This document shows, piece after piece, positions 20,536 to 31,158 of a stretch of 60,525 nucleotides of DNA (position 1 is the stretch's first letter; each line of letters starts with the position of its first letter). The DNA lies in NCBI GenBank assembly GCA_902772645.1, contig CACYBM010000033.1, positions 1 through 60,525 of the forward strand. The letters run 5' to 3'. The notes beneath the pieces were generated by a model. The model searched no databases. It saw only the letters and a program-made list of their open reading frames with translations, and was not told where the DNA came from. Position numbers and translations under genes: made by a program. The DNA comes from an uncultured Pseudomonadota bacterium (GTDB taxonomy: Bacteria; Pseudomonadota; Alphaproteobacteria; RUG11792).

Positions 20536-23500
20536 CTATTTAATTGTCTCTACATACTTTTCTCTTGTTCTGGATCTATGAAAATAGGTATAAATAACTG
20601 GAACTACAAATATTGTAAACAAAGTACCTATGCATATTCCACCAACTATAACCATACCCAATGGCCTCCTTACTTCACATCCTGCACCCTTTGCCATAGC
20701 AAGTGGTAAAGATCCTAATCCCATTGCTAATGTTGTCATTAGTATAGGTCTCAGACGTCTACAAGCTGCTATTTTTATAGCTTCTATTGTAGATTTACCT
20801 TCATCCATTTGTTTATTAGCAAAATCAACCATTAATATACCATGTTTGGTTATAAGTCCAATGAGAGTTAAAAATCCTATATTAGAGAACATATTTATAG
20901 TACCATTTTTAACAAGTGTAAGCGATATTATACCTCCTACAAGTGCAAGTGGAACTGTAAACATTATTATAAATGGATCTTTCCAACTTTCGAATTGTGC
21001 AGCCATAACCAAATATATAAAACTCAATGCCAAGAAGAATATTAGTACCATAGTATTAGATTCTGTTAGGAACCTCTTGGTATCACCAATAAATTCCAAA
21101 TGACAATCGTTTGGTAAGTTCTGTTTAGCTATGTCTCTTATTGTCTCAATAGATTCACCCAGTGAATTATCCTCATTCAATAGGACCATAACAGTATTAG
21201 CCCTCGCTCTATTGTATCTATATATTGAAACAGGGCCAGACCTTGAATCAACATTTATTATCTCAGATATAGGGACTAATAACTCATCATTATTAGTATA
21301 AGCTTTAACAAATATATCATTTAATTGATTTGGAGATTTTTTATACTGTTCATCTATTTGTACTTTTACATCATATACCTTATTATCCTTTTTAAACCTT
21401 GTAGCAACTGATCCCTGTAGTAATCCAGATATTGTATCTGAAATAACCTTAGGATCAAGATTCATGGCTAATGCCTTATCTCTAAGTATTTCTATAACAT
21501 AATCCTCAGCTTCGTTACGTGAAGTTGATCTTATACCATTTGCCATACCACTTGCGTATATGGAATGGATCAAATTGCCTGTTATTTCTCTTAATTCTCT
21601 ATGAGACTTATTACCTCTTACAACAAACGATACTATCTTAGAATTATCATCTCCAGATCCTCTGCCAGCTGAGAACCTAAGATCTATTCCAGATACATCT
21701 TTAGTTTTTGCTTCTAATTCCTTAATGACTTCTTCTGTTGTCTTTCCACAACGTTCCTTTAATATTACAAATCCATCAAATGTAGGATTGGTTATATCAA
21801 ACTCCGTATTTTCAACTTCTGGAATTGAACGGATTATATTATCAACAGCTGTCACATACCTTTGAGTAAATTGCAATGTAGCCGTTTGTGGTGCATGCCC
21901 ATCATACCCAAACATACCAGTATCCTGATATGGTAATTGTTCACGAGGCATGAAGTAATAAACGCTATATCCAAACAGGGAGAATACAACAGCTCCTAAT
22001 ATTATTTTAACACGATGCTTCAGGGCACTGTCAATTAATTTTTCATAGCCCATTTCTATTTGTTTTATTACCTTGGAGAAGTCAAAAATTGATAACATTT
22101 TTTGCTTAAATTTTGATTTTCTACTTCTCTTTTCATTTTCTTCTTCTTCTGAAAGCAACATTCTAGAACACATCATTGGTGATAATGTTAATGCAATAAA
22201 TCCAGATAACAAAACAGCTCCTGCAAGTGTTATTGAGAATTCCTTTAATAGTTTACCAGTCAAACCCTTTGCTAATGCAACTGGTGCGTAGACAGCACAC
22301 AGAGTTAAAGTCATTGCTACTACAGCAAAGCTAACTTCTTTAGTACCTTCGATTGCTGCTTTGATTGGATTTAATCCTTTTTCTATGTATTTATAAACAT
22401 TTTCTAATATAACAATAGCATCATCTACAACCAATCCTATTGCCAATACCATACTCATCAATGTCATACTATTGATAGTAAAATTACATAGATACATAAT
22501 AAACAATGCACCTATTAATGAGACTGGTATAGTAATCAACGGAATAATTGCAGCTCTAAATGACCTTAAGAAAATAAAGACAACCAATACAACAAGTAAT
22601 ATTGCTTCAAATATTGTTCGATAGACTTCATTAAGAGATCTCTCGATGAATGTTGTTGTATCATATGATACAAGGAATTTGATGTCATCTGGCAGTTGCT
22701 TATTTATCTCAACATGTTTTTTCTTTATATCATGAGCTATTTGTATAGGATTTGCGGAAGATTGTGCAACTACTTGTAAAGTAACAACTCTTTGCCCATT
22801 AAATCTTGATAATACTTTCTTGTTACTTTTATCCAATTTCGCTTCGCCGACATCTTTTAATTTTATAAGCTTATTCTTCTTATTAGCTATTGGGATCTCA
22901 TTGAACTCTTCAGGACTCTGTAAATCAGCAACTGTAGTTACTACATATTCCCTATCTTTGTTAACAAACTTACCGGCTGGGGATTCAACATTTTGCTTTT
23001 TCAATGCGTTTATTACATCAATAACAGTCAAATTATAAAATGCAAGTTTCTGAGGATCCAAACATACAGCCATTTGGTAATCACCAGCTCCATATACATC
23101 AACTCTTGCAACTCCTGGTACTGATTCTAATGAGTGGCTTATTTCATTCTTAGCGTATGTATATAGCTCACTTTCGTTCATTTTATTACTTATGAGAGCC
23201 AATGACATTATAGGTTTCTCTCCCGACCCAGCTTTTGTTAGAATTGGAGATTGAGCAGCATCTGGGAATCTATCATCCCATTTACTCAATCTATCCCTAA
23301 CATCATTTGCTGCTGAATCTATATCTCTTCCTTCTGCTATTTCAAGAGTTACTTCACTATTCTCACTATCACTTTTAGATTCAATTGTTTCAATACCTTC
23401 TATACCAGCTACAGCCTCTTCTACTATTCTTGTGACTTGGTTTTCTATTATTTCAGGACCAGCTCCATAGTAGTTTATTTTTACTGTTAGTTTATTTTTT

Positions 23501-23622
23501 TCCATTTTGGGATACTGTTGAACAGGTAATCTATCACCAGTTACTAGTCCTAATATTATGACTACAAGAGTTAATACCCATGCGAATACTGGTCTTTTTA
23601 TACAAACTTCAGATATCTGCAT
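20536..23622 (-). CDS. RND (AcrB/HAE1-type) efflux permease
   Basis: 1028 aa. N-terminus MQISEVCIKRPVFAWVLTLVVIILG. Two large periplasmic loops and 12 predicted TM segments. It starts 2 nt after the adaptor gene stop. Confidence 0.9.
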   Translation of the reverse strand: MQISEVCIKRPVFAWVLTLVVIILGLVTGDRLPVQQYPKMEKNKLTVKINYYGAGPEIIENQVTRIVEEAVAGIEGIETIESKSDSENSEVTLEIAEGRDIDSAANDVRDRLSKWDDRFPDAAQSPILTKAGSGEKPIMSLALISNKMNESELYTYAKNEISHSLESVPGVARVDVYGAGDYQMAVCLDPQKLAFYNLTVIDVINALKKQNVESPAGKFVNKDREYVVTTVADLQSPEEFNEIPIANKKNKLIKLKDVGEAKLDKSNKKVLSRFNGQRVVTLQVVAQSSANPIQIAHDIKKKHVEINKQLPDDIKFLVSYDTTTFIERSLNEVYRTIFEAILLVVLVVFIFLRSFRAAIIPLITIPVSLIGALFIMYLCNFTINSMTLMSMVLAIGLVVDDAIVILENVYKYIEKGLNPIKAAIEGTKEVSFAVVAMTLTLCAVYAPVALAKGLTGKLLKEFSITLAGAVLLSGFIALTLSPMMCSRMLLSEEEENEKRSRKSKFKQKMLSIFDFSKVIKQIEMGYEKLIDSALKHRVKIILGAVVFSLFGYSVYYFMPREQLPYQDTGMFGYDGHAPQTATLQFTQRYVTAVDNIIRSIPEVENTEFDITNPTFDGFVILKERCGKTTEEVIKELEAKTKDVSGIDLRFSAGRGSGDDNSKIVSFVVRGNKSHRELREITGNLIHSIYASGMANGIRSTSRNEAEDYVIEILRDKALAMNLDPKVISDTISGLLQGSVATRFKKDNKVYDVKVQIDEQYKKSPNQLNDIFVKAYTNNDELLVPISEIINVDSRSGPVSIYRYNRARANTVMVLLNEDNSLGESIETIRDIAKQNLPNDCHLEFIGDTKRFLTESNTMVLIFFLALSFIYLVMAAQFESWKDPFIIMFTVPLALVGGIISLTLVKNGTINMFSNIGFLTLIGLITKHGILMVDFANKQMDEGKSTIEAIKIAACRRLRPILMTTLAMGLGSLPLAMAKGAGCEVRRPLGMVIVGGICIGTLFTIFVVPVIYTYFHRSRTREKYVETIK

Positions 23623-23624
23623 GA

Positions 23625-24866
23625 TTACCCCTCTTTTTTCTTCTTATTATCTGTTGGCAACACAGTAGGATTTTGTTCATTTAGTATTTTTACTTTTGTA
23701 CCATCTTGCAATCTTATTTGCCCTGAAGTAACAACCTTATCGCCTTCTTGTAATCCTGCTACTATTTCTACTCCATTTTCACTCTTTGCTCCTGTTATTA
23801 CTTTTCTTCTATACGCTCTATATTTTTCATCTATTGTCCATACAAATTCATGTTGTCCTTCTCTATCCAATGAATCATCTGATATCACTATAACATTACT
23901 TTTTTCACCTGTTATTAATGTAACATTAGCTAACATACCATGTTGTAATACTCTATCATCATTTGGAATAACAGCCTTTACAAGTATACTGTGATTCTTA
24001 GTATCTATTGCTGAGTCTATTGCTTCAACAGCTCCAGAAAACACTTTATTTGGGAAAGCTTCTAGTGTCACTTCAACTGCTTGACCAACTGCTATATCTT
24101 CTATATATTTCGCAGGTATTAAGAATTCTACTTTGATTTTAGAATTATCAACAAGATATACTAATTCAGTATTTGGTTGTACTACATTTCCAGGATGAGT
24201 AGCTCCTTTTAAAATACCTATCTTACCACTGAATGGAGCATTAATAACAGTCCTAGATAATTGAAACCTAGCATTTGATAAATTGGCTTTTGCTACTTTC
24301 ATACTTGCTTCAGATTCCTTATATTTCTGCTGTGATCCTGCCTTTTGTTGATACAAAGTTCTATTCATATTGAATTCATTCTGTCTTAAAGCATACTCAG
24401 CTTCATACTTGTCTACTTCAGCTCTGTTACCATCATCTTCAAATTTTATTAGTACATCGCCTTTAGACACTTCAGAACCCTCCTCGAATGATACTTCCTT
24501 GATTTTACCACTTATTTCTGATTTTATTATTGCTTCTTTATTTGCCTTTAATAAACCTATAGATTTTAATTCTTTTAATGATGTACCTAATTCTACTTTT
24601 GTAGCTTCTACACCTACAACCCTATCCTGCATTCCAATCATTTGTTGATTGTCAGCTTGCAAAACCAACTTACAACCGTTTTTTACTACTGGTTTCATGG
24701 CATGATATGCTATTACTCCACCGAGTGCGAAGCAAAGTATTACTATTACAGCTCCACTTGCCTGCGCACTATTATTAGCCCAAAATAATTTCTTATTATC
24801 ACTATTCGCCAAATCTTTCCAAAATATAAAACAGTTTTTAATTGATCTGAATAAAATTTTGAACAT
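23625..24866 (-). CDS. RND efflux periplasmic adaptor (membrane fusion protein, AcrA/HlyD family)
   Basis: N-terminal TM. Lipoyl-like ISGKIKEVSFEEGSEVSKGDVLIKFED, a coiled-coil hairpin, then APFSGKIGILKG. Start uncertain: ATG at 24866 is preferred, and the track start at 24908 is TTG. Confidence 0.8.
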   Translation of the reverse strand: MFKILFRSIKNCFIFWKDLANSDNKKLFWANNSAQASGAVIVILCFALGGVIAYHAMKPVVKNGCKLVLQADNQQMIGMQDRVVGVEATKVELGTSLKELKSIGLLKANKEAIIKSEISGKIKEVSFEEGSEVSKGDVLIKFEDDGNRAEVDKYEAEYALRQNEFNMNRTLYQQKAGSQQKYKESEASMKVAKANLSNARFQLSRTVINAPFSGKIGILKGATHPGNVVQPNTELVYLVDNSKIKVEFLIPAKYIEDIAVGQAVEVTLEAFPNKVFSGAVEAIDSAIDTKNHSILVKAVIPNDDRVLQHGMLANVTLITGEKSNVIVISDDSLDREGQHEFVWTIDEKYRAYRRKVITGAKSENGVEIVAGLQEGDKVVTSGQIRLQDGTKVKILNEQNPTVLPTDNKKKKEG

Positions 24867-24908
24867 AAACTTATAAATACAACACTTTATACTAATACTA
24901 TACCACAA

Positions 24909-25193
24909 TCAACTAGATTTAGATAGTTTTAAAGTAATAGGCCCATTAATATTTGTTGGAACTTCAAGATGTATAATTATATTATCATTATTATTTGGTA
25001 ATACAATACTTGTTGAAGCTTTCTTGAATATAGTCACAATATATAAGATTAGTATAGTAAGCAACAAAATACCTAACAGAATAATCAAACAATTTTTGAG
25101 TACTTCTGTGTTCTTAGATATAAAATCCTTTTTATTATTACTTTCTATAAGTTGTTTTATAAAATTAAAACATTCCAATAGTATTTTTATCAT
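24909..25193 (-). CDS. Hypothetical 94-aa single-TM protein upstream of the efflux adaptor
   Basis: ATG start. One hydrophobic helix (CLIILLGILLLTILILYIVTIF). Its stop abuts the adaptor ORF in the same frame. No family recognised and no obvious SD. Confidence 0.3.
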   Translation of the reverse strand: MIKILLECFNFIKQLIESNNKKDFISKNTEVLKNCLIILLGILLLTILILYIVTIFKKASTSIVLPNNNDNIIIHLEVPTNINGPITLKLSKSS

Positions 25194-25285
25194 ACAATTT
25201 ATATTTATTTAACCCTATCAACTTTATAATATATTATTTATAATATTATTGTAGTCTTATATTTCTAATTCATATTGCAAAATTA

Positions 25286-26149
25286 ATGCGTTGGTATTGT
25301 AAAAAAGGAATAACACAAGGAATATTTTGGTCTATATTAATTTACCTAATTAGTTCGATAAATGATGTACTAATGAAATTATTAGGAGAAAGATTATCTT
25401 TTATTGAAATTTCGTTCTTTAGATTCTTATTTTCAGTAATAGTAATAATAATACCAATGTTAATGTCAAGTAAAAACTTGTTTAAAACAAGTATGCATAT
25501 GGCGCACATGATTAGAGGAATACTAGGAGCACTAGCATTAGGATTGTGTTGTTACAGCGTTAATATTATACCGTTATCTGAGAATACTATAATCTTATTT
25601 TCTGAATCATTATTTTTATTACCATTGAGCGCAATATTTCTTAAAGAAAAAGTAAATAATAAAGCAATTTTTGCAACTATTATTGGATTTATTGGATTAT
25701 TAATAATTTTTAAACCTAAAACATCCAATATTAATTTATTAGCGATAATACCAACTATAGCAGCGTTTTTATTTGCTATCATGGATATAATAATAAAACA
25801 AATGGTTAACAAGAAAGAAAATACTTTAACAATGTTATTTTATTTTGGTTTATACACAACAATTATTGCTGGAATATTCGTACCTAAAATATGGATTACT
25901 CCAACTACTTATGAACTATTACTGATCTTTTTACTTGGTATTGGAGCTAATTTAATACAACTATTTATATTTTTAGCTTACAGGGCGACGGATGCTTCCA
26001 ATATGGCCCCTATTAGATATACAGAATTATTATTTTCTATTTTATTTGGATTTTTATTCTTTAATCAAATACCTAAATTAAGTGATATTGCTGGTGCACT
26101 ATTTATAATTCTAGGGACTTTTATACTATCAAAATCAAATAATCGTTAA
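25286..26149 (+). CDS. EamA/DMT-family transporter
   Basis: 287 aa with about 10 TM segments in two EamA-like halves. The substrate cannot be read from the sequence. Confidence 0.75.
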   Translation: MRWYCKKGITQGIFWSILIYLISSINDVLMKLLGERLSFIEISFFRFLFSVIVIIIPMLMSSKNLFKTSMHMAHMIRGILGALALGLCCYSVNIIPLSENTIILFSESLFLLPLSAIFLKEKVNNKAIFATIIGFIGLLIIFKPKTSNINLLAIIPTIAAFLFAIMDIIIKQMVNKKENTLTMLFYFGLYTTIIAGIFVPKIWITPTTYELLLIFLLGIGANLIQLFIFLAYRATDASNMAPIRYTELLFSILFGFLFFNQIPKLSDIAGALFIILGTFILSKSNNR

Positions 26150-26372
26150 TTAATTTTTGGATAACATTATTACAATTAGATAATTCCTTTTTGTATTTAC
26201 TGTTGTAATATATAATATTTAGACAATTTTAACTTTATATATATTTATTTATATTAAATTTTATAATTGATTAAACTTAGTAAAAACTTAAGAATATATG
26301 AATTTGCCAGTATAAAATCTTAAAATTTTGCTATACTCATATTATGAAGGATATATTAAATAGTGTGTTTGA

Positions 26373-27488
26373 ATGAATGTCTTAATATCTACATTAGCAT
26401 TTATTGTATTACTAGCAATTCTAGTCGGGTTTCATGAATACGGGCATTTGAAAATAGCAAGATCCAATGGGGTGTTTTGTGAAGCATTTTCATTAGGTAT
26501 GGGTCCTGTTTTATGTGAAAGAACAGACAAATATGGCACGAAATGGAGATTATCATTATTACCAATTGGTGGATATATAAAAATGTTTGGTGATGCAGAT
26601 GCTACAAGTGTTAAGGAATGTATTCCAGAAGGATATACTGAAGAAGATATGCAAAAAATGTCTGCATTTAGGAAAAAGCCATGGCAGAGATTATTAATAG
26701 CTCTTGGTGGACCATTAGCAAATTTCGTTTTAGCTATAGTTGTATTCTTTGGCATTAATGCAATAAAAGGAATTCCAGAACCAGATACTATTATTACTGT
26801 AGTGTCTAAGGAATCTGTGGCATATACTTCTGGTTTAAGAGATGGTGATAAAATCGTTTCTATTAATAAAAATAAAATAAATAATTTTGAAGAACTAACA
26901 AAACAAATTAAAGAAAATATTGGTAAAGAATTTAATATAGAAGTAAATCGTAATAATAAATTGCAGGAATTTAAAGTAAAACTCTATAATGAAGAAGCTG
27001 GAAACAAAAAAGATATAAAACAACTTGGAGTTACTTCAACTAGTTTTAATTATAACAAAACTGGTATAGTTGATGCATTTACTAATGCTTGTAAGCTTAC
27101 ATACAGAATAGGGGCACAAAATATTAAAGCAATATTTAAAGTATTCACAAGTGGAAAAGCAGAATTAGGAAATGTAGGGGGAATAATATCAATGTTTAAA
27201 GCATCTGCTATGAGTGCTGAGAGAGGATTAGTTGATTTCTTGTCAATGTTAGCAATGTTGTCAGTAGTATTGGGAGCAATTAATTTATTACCAATACCAG
27301 TATTAGATGGCGGTACAGTATTAATATCTGCAATAGAATGGGTAATTGGTAGGAGATTAAGTGAGAAAATAATAGAAGTAATATTCACAATAGGATTAGT
27401 AATAGTTGTAGGATTAATGGTATTAGGACTTTGGAATGACATTGCACATACTACATTGTTTGCGAAAATATCTTCATTATTTAAATAA
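26373..27488 (+). CDS. rseP: RIP zinc metalloprotease RseP
   Basis: 371 aa. HExxH in TM1 (FHEYGHLKIA), PDZ domain (SGLRDGDKIVSINK), and C-terminal LLPIPVLDGG. Sits directly upstream of bamA. Confidence 0.9.
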   Translation: MNVLISTLAFIVLLAILVGFHEYGHLKIARSNGVFCEAFSLGMGPVLCERTDKYGTKWRLSLLPIGGYIKMFGDADATSVKECIPEGYTEEDMQKMSAFRKKPWQRLLIALGGPLANFVLAIVVFFGINAIKGIPEPDTIITVVSKESVAYTSGLRDGDKIVSINKNKINNFEELTKQIKENIGKEFNIEVNRNNKLQEFKVKLYNEEAGNKKDIKQLGVTSTSFNYNKTGIVDAFTNACKLTYRIGAQNIKAIFKVFTSGKAELGNVGGIISMFKASAMSAERGLVDFLSMLAMLSVVLGAINLLPIPVLDGGTVLISAIEWVIGRRLSEKIIEVIFTIGLVIVVGLMVLGLWNDIAHTTLFAKISSLFK

Positions 27489-27512
27489 TTTTATAGGAGT
27501 ATTCAGATAATT

Positions 27513-30104
27513 ATGAAATTGCAAAATATATTAAGGTCTTTATTAATAAGCAGTATTTATGTATCAATTGCTAATACTGAAGTAATAACTAGTATTGACA
27601 TTCAAGGAAATCAACGTGTTGATTCAAGTACCATTCTTACTAGAACAGCAATAAAGGCAGGAGATGACATAGATGATGATGATATAAACGAACTGGTCAA
27701 ATTATTGCATGATACTGAACTATTTGATGATGTAAACATACAAAAACGAGAAAAAGGTAAATTAATTATTAAAGTGAAAGAAAAACCAACTGTTAGAAAA
27801 ATACAATTTAGTGGTAATAAGAAATTAAAAACAGACAATATTAACAAAATGCTGAAGGATATAGTAATAAAACCTAATGAAACACTATCTACAAGAAAAG
27901 TTAAGAATACACAAATGGCATTACTAGAAATATACAAAAAACTTGGTATATATAATGCAACTGTAAATCCAAAAATAATAAAAAGAAGTAATAATAAAGT
28001 TGATCTAATATTTGAAATATCAGAATCTAAACCTACTACCATATCTAGAATAATATTCAAAGGTAATAATAAAATATCTACATACGATTTAAGGCAAGCT
28101 ATTTTATCTAAGGAACATAAATGGTTTAGATTTTTTGCACAAGACGATAAATATGATGAATTAAGAATATTACTAGACAAGCAAGCAATAATTCATTATT
28201 ATAAGAAAAATGGATTTGCTCAGGCTGATGTAAAACATGTTGATGTAGAAATAAATAAAGAAAGAACAGGATTAATATTAACATTTACAATTGATGAAGG
28301 GTATGTATTTAAATTTGGAGATATAACGCTTAAATCCAACGTAAAAAATCTAGATATTAAAAATCTTCAGTATAAAAAATACTGTAAAAAAGGTAAAGTA
28401 TACAATATCGATTTCTTATCAATGGAACAGAACCAGATTATTAATGCAATTAATAAACAAGGGTTTGTAGCAGTTAATGTAGAACCATCATTTAAATACA
28501 ATACAGTAACTAAAACAGTTGATATAGTATTAAATATAATAGAAACAGAAAAACAATATATTTCTAAAATAATAATCAGAGGAAATGATAAAACTAGAGA
28601 TTATGTAATTCGTAAGGAATTGCAATTTGAAGAAGGAGATCTTTATAGTCAAACTCTACTAGAAACATCAGAAAGTAATTTAAGAGCAACAGGATTTTTT
28701 GAAGGAGCTGATATAAAAAAGCATCCTGATCCAATATCTCCAGACAAATGTATTGTAGAAACAAATGTATCTGAAGCAAAAACTGGTATGTTCCAATTAT
28801 CTGGTTCATACTCCACTTCTGAAGGACCAATGGTTAACTTGGCCTATGGAGAGCAAAATTTCCTAGGTACTGGAAAATCATTACAATTGTCATTACATGC
28901 TGGTAGATCTCTTATTGGACCAGGATACGCTGTCAGAGAGTCTGGACAAATAGACAAAATAAAAAGGCAGCAACAATTTGAAATATTAAAGAGTGCAAAT
29001 TTATCAATATCCGATTCTCATCTATTTGGTAGAGATTTAACTGGTGGTATCTCCTTATTTAAATATACTTCTACTCCATTTGATAATTTCGTATTAAAAA
29101 ACTACGGAGCATCAATTGATCTATCATATGCACTAGGAAACCGTGTAACACAATCATGGGAATTAGGAATTGCAAGAAGAACTGTAGACCACATTGATGA
29201 AATGTGTTCTCCTTTAGTAAAAGCACAATTAGTAAAATATGATAAGGATAAAAAAGAGTTTAAAATGAGTGAACAACGTAATGGCTTACAAACTTCTTTA
29301 CAAACTTCATTTAATTATCTCTATCCTATCTACGATGGACCATTAAAAGGACAAATGAGATTCAAATGGTCTACAGCTTTATTGCATGATGGTGGATTTA
29401 ATTCAACGTTTTGGAAAAATATATTTAGTGCATCATACAATAAAATGCTATCTCGTAATGTAGGACTAACTCTACAATCTTCATATGGTATATTAACTCC
29501 ACTAAAGAATAATGACATAAATATAATAGATAGTTTCGCTAGTAGTGGTGAGTCTATTAGAGGATTTGATGAAGGTAGCTGTTGTCCTCATTTTGTAATC
29601 ACAAGAAGAAATAAAACAAATAGTAATATTGAAGACAAAAATAAACCAATATCATATGTTGATGCTACAGGTGCTAAGAAATTTATTAATGGTACAGTGT
29701 CAGTATCATTTCCTATAGGATTACCAACTGAGTTAAATTTTAAAACATTTATATTCACTGATTTCGGATACTATTGGGATCCAATTGTACCACAGAATTA
29801 CAAAGATTATTTGGAAGAGCAAGATGGTGAGGAAGAAATAACTTATAATAAACAAAAATTAAAAGTAAATAAAGCATCTTGTGAAGCAGATGATAAATTA
29901 CATGGGAAAGATAAAAATGAATATAAATGTAAGATAACTGGATACAAATTATTTACAGATCATAGTTTTGGTGTTTCAATAGGTATAGGAATATCATTTG
30001 ATAGTCCATTTGGCCCTATAGCACTATCCTGGGCTATTCCAATTAAGAAATCCACATTCGATAAGAAGAAGATATTCAATTTCGGGTTAAAAATGGTGTT
30101 GTAA
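27513..30104 (+). CDS. bamA: Outer membrane protein assembly factor BamA
   Basis: 863 aa. SD TAGGAG and a signal peptide. POTRA repeats begin at ITSIDIQGNQRVDSSTI. C-terminal Omp85 barrel with an acidic/basic loop insertion. Confidence 0.9.
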   Translation: MKLQNILRSLLISSIYVSIANTEVITSIDIQGNQRVDSSTILTRTAIKAGDDIDDDDINELVKLLHDTELFDDVNIQKREKGKLIIKVKEKPTVRKIQFSGNKKLKTDNINKMLKDIVIKPNETLSTRKVKNTQMALLEIYKKLGIYNATVNPKIIKRSNNKVDLIFEISESKPTTISRIIFKGNNKISTYDLRQAILSKEHKWFRFFAQDDKYDELRILLDKQAIIHYYKKNGFAQADVKHVDVEINKERTGLILTFTIDEGYVFKFGDITLKSNVKNLDIKNLQYKKYCKKGKVYNIDFLSMEQNQIINAINKQGFVAVNVEPSFKYNTVTKTVDIVLNIIETEKQYISKIIIRGNDKTRDYVIRKELQFEEGDLYSQTLLETSESNLRATGFFEGADIKKHPDPISPDKCIVETNVSEAKTGMFQLSGSYSTSEGPMVNLAYGEQNFLGTGKSLQLSLHAGRSLIGPGYAVRESGQIDKIKRQQQFEILKSANLSISDSHLFGRDLTGGISLFKYTSTPFDNFVLKNYGASIDLSYALGNRVTQSWELGIARRTVDHIDEMCSPLVKAQLVKYDKDKKEFKMSEQRNGLQTSLQTSFNYLYPIYDGPLKGQMRFKWSTALLHDGGFNSTFWKNIFSASYNKMLSRNVGLTLQSSYGILTPLKNNDINIIDSFASSGESIRGFDEGSCCPHFVITRRNKTNSNIEDKNKPISYVDATGAKKFINGTVSVSFPIGLPTELNFKTFIFTDFGYYWDPIVPQNYKDYLEEQDGEEEITYNKQKLKVNKASCEADDKLHGKDKNEYKCKITGYKLFTDHSFGVSIGIGISFDSPFGPIALSWAIPIKKSTFDKKKIFNFGLKMVL

Positions 30105-31146
30105 TAATAAATCTTATTTTAATTATTGTTACTACTATTTCTAATAAAAAGTACATGGTACTTAATGTTAGTATCGTGTATTCTTGTTCTTTAATCATTA
30201 ATAATATTAGATCTACCTTCGATAAAAAAGTATGAAATGGTGGAATACAGATCATAGCTAATAATGATATTATACTTAAAATCCGTGTACTAATATTTAT
30301 ATTGTTTTGTTTAAAATTCCTAAATGTTTCTGTATTATCTTTTATGGTAAGTAATAATAATAATGGACATGTACTATACATCAACAAGTATCCAAAAGTA
30401 GTTACAAATTTATCAATATTATTTATTGATATTAAAAATAGTATTAATCCAATATGACTAATGTTAAATAATCCTAAAAATCTTTTAATATTAGTTTCTT
30501 TTATTGATAATATAATACCTAAAAACATTGAAATACTGCCAAATATTATAAATATATTGTTAAAATTATCTATTTTAAATATTCTAACAAAATATAATAA
30601 TATTTGTAGAAGTATTAATTTAAACAAGCAATCACTAATTAATACTATGTAATATGGAGCTTTCTTATAAATATCTAATACCCAAATATGAAATGGAAAT
30701 GCACACAGTTTAAATAATATTCCGATTAATATTAAAGATAATCCTAATTTTGTCAATGGATCATATATATCTATGTTCTCGATATATGTAAAATTATTCT
30801 GTAAGAAAACTAAAGTAGTACCAAAGGTCATAATACTACCTATTATCATTGATAATAATGACAATTTTCTAACTTCTATTAAGAATATATACTTTTGTAA
30901 CGTATTATATAGTAATAGTAAATATAACAAACTATATAATTCAATACCCAGTAGAAAATATATTAAATTGTTAGTAAAGAAACATAATCCTAAAGCTAAT
31001 ATTGCCAATAATATTATAATATACAGTATAGATTTTACTTTATTAATAAATAGGGTTATAAAAGCAAATAACAATGCATAATTCAAAATAAGAAGTGGAT
31101 TATTATATAAATAACTGATTAATTCTTTATAAAAATATCCACTCAC
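30076..31146 (-). CDS. Divergent, short NuoN/ND2-family (Proton_antipo_M) membrane protein
   Basis: 356 aa with a GTG start. FKLCAFPFHIWVLDIYKKAP and KETNIKRFLGLFNISHIGLILF match the two hallmark NuoN/ND2 motifs. It lies 12 nt downstream of typA. Its 3' end overlaps the bamA 3' end by 29 nt. Confidence 0.65.
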   Translation of the reverse strand: MSGYFYKELISYLYNNPLLILNYALLFAFITLFINKVKSILYIIILLAILALGLCFFTNNLIYFLLGIELYSLLYLLLLYNTLQKYIFLIEVRKLSLLSMIIGSIMTFGTTLVFLQNNFTYIENIDIYDPLTKLGLSLILIGILFKLCAFPFHIWVLDIYKKAPYYIVLISDCLFKLILLQILLYFVRIFKIDNFNNIFIIFGSISMFLGIILSIKETNIKRFLGLFNISHIGLILFLISINNIDKFVTTFGYLLMYSTCPLLLLLTIKDNTETFRNFKQNNINISTRILSIISLLAMICIPPFHTFLSKVDLILLMIKEQEYTILTLSTMYFLLEIVVTIIKIRFIITTPFLTRN

Positions 31147-31158
31147 TACTATTCAGAA

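Noticed and set aside
30076-31146. Considered whether the ND2-sized NuoN-like ORF and extreme AT content mean organellar (mitochondrial) DNA
   Set aside because: The surrounding genes (murD, ftsW, PBP2, bamA, secA, RND pump, rho) are bacterial chromosomal genes that mitochondrial genomes do not encode.
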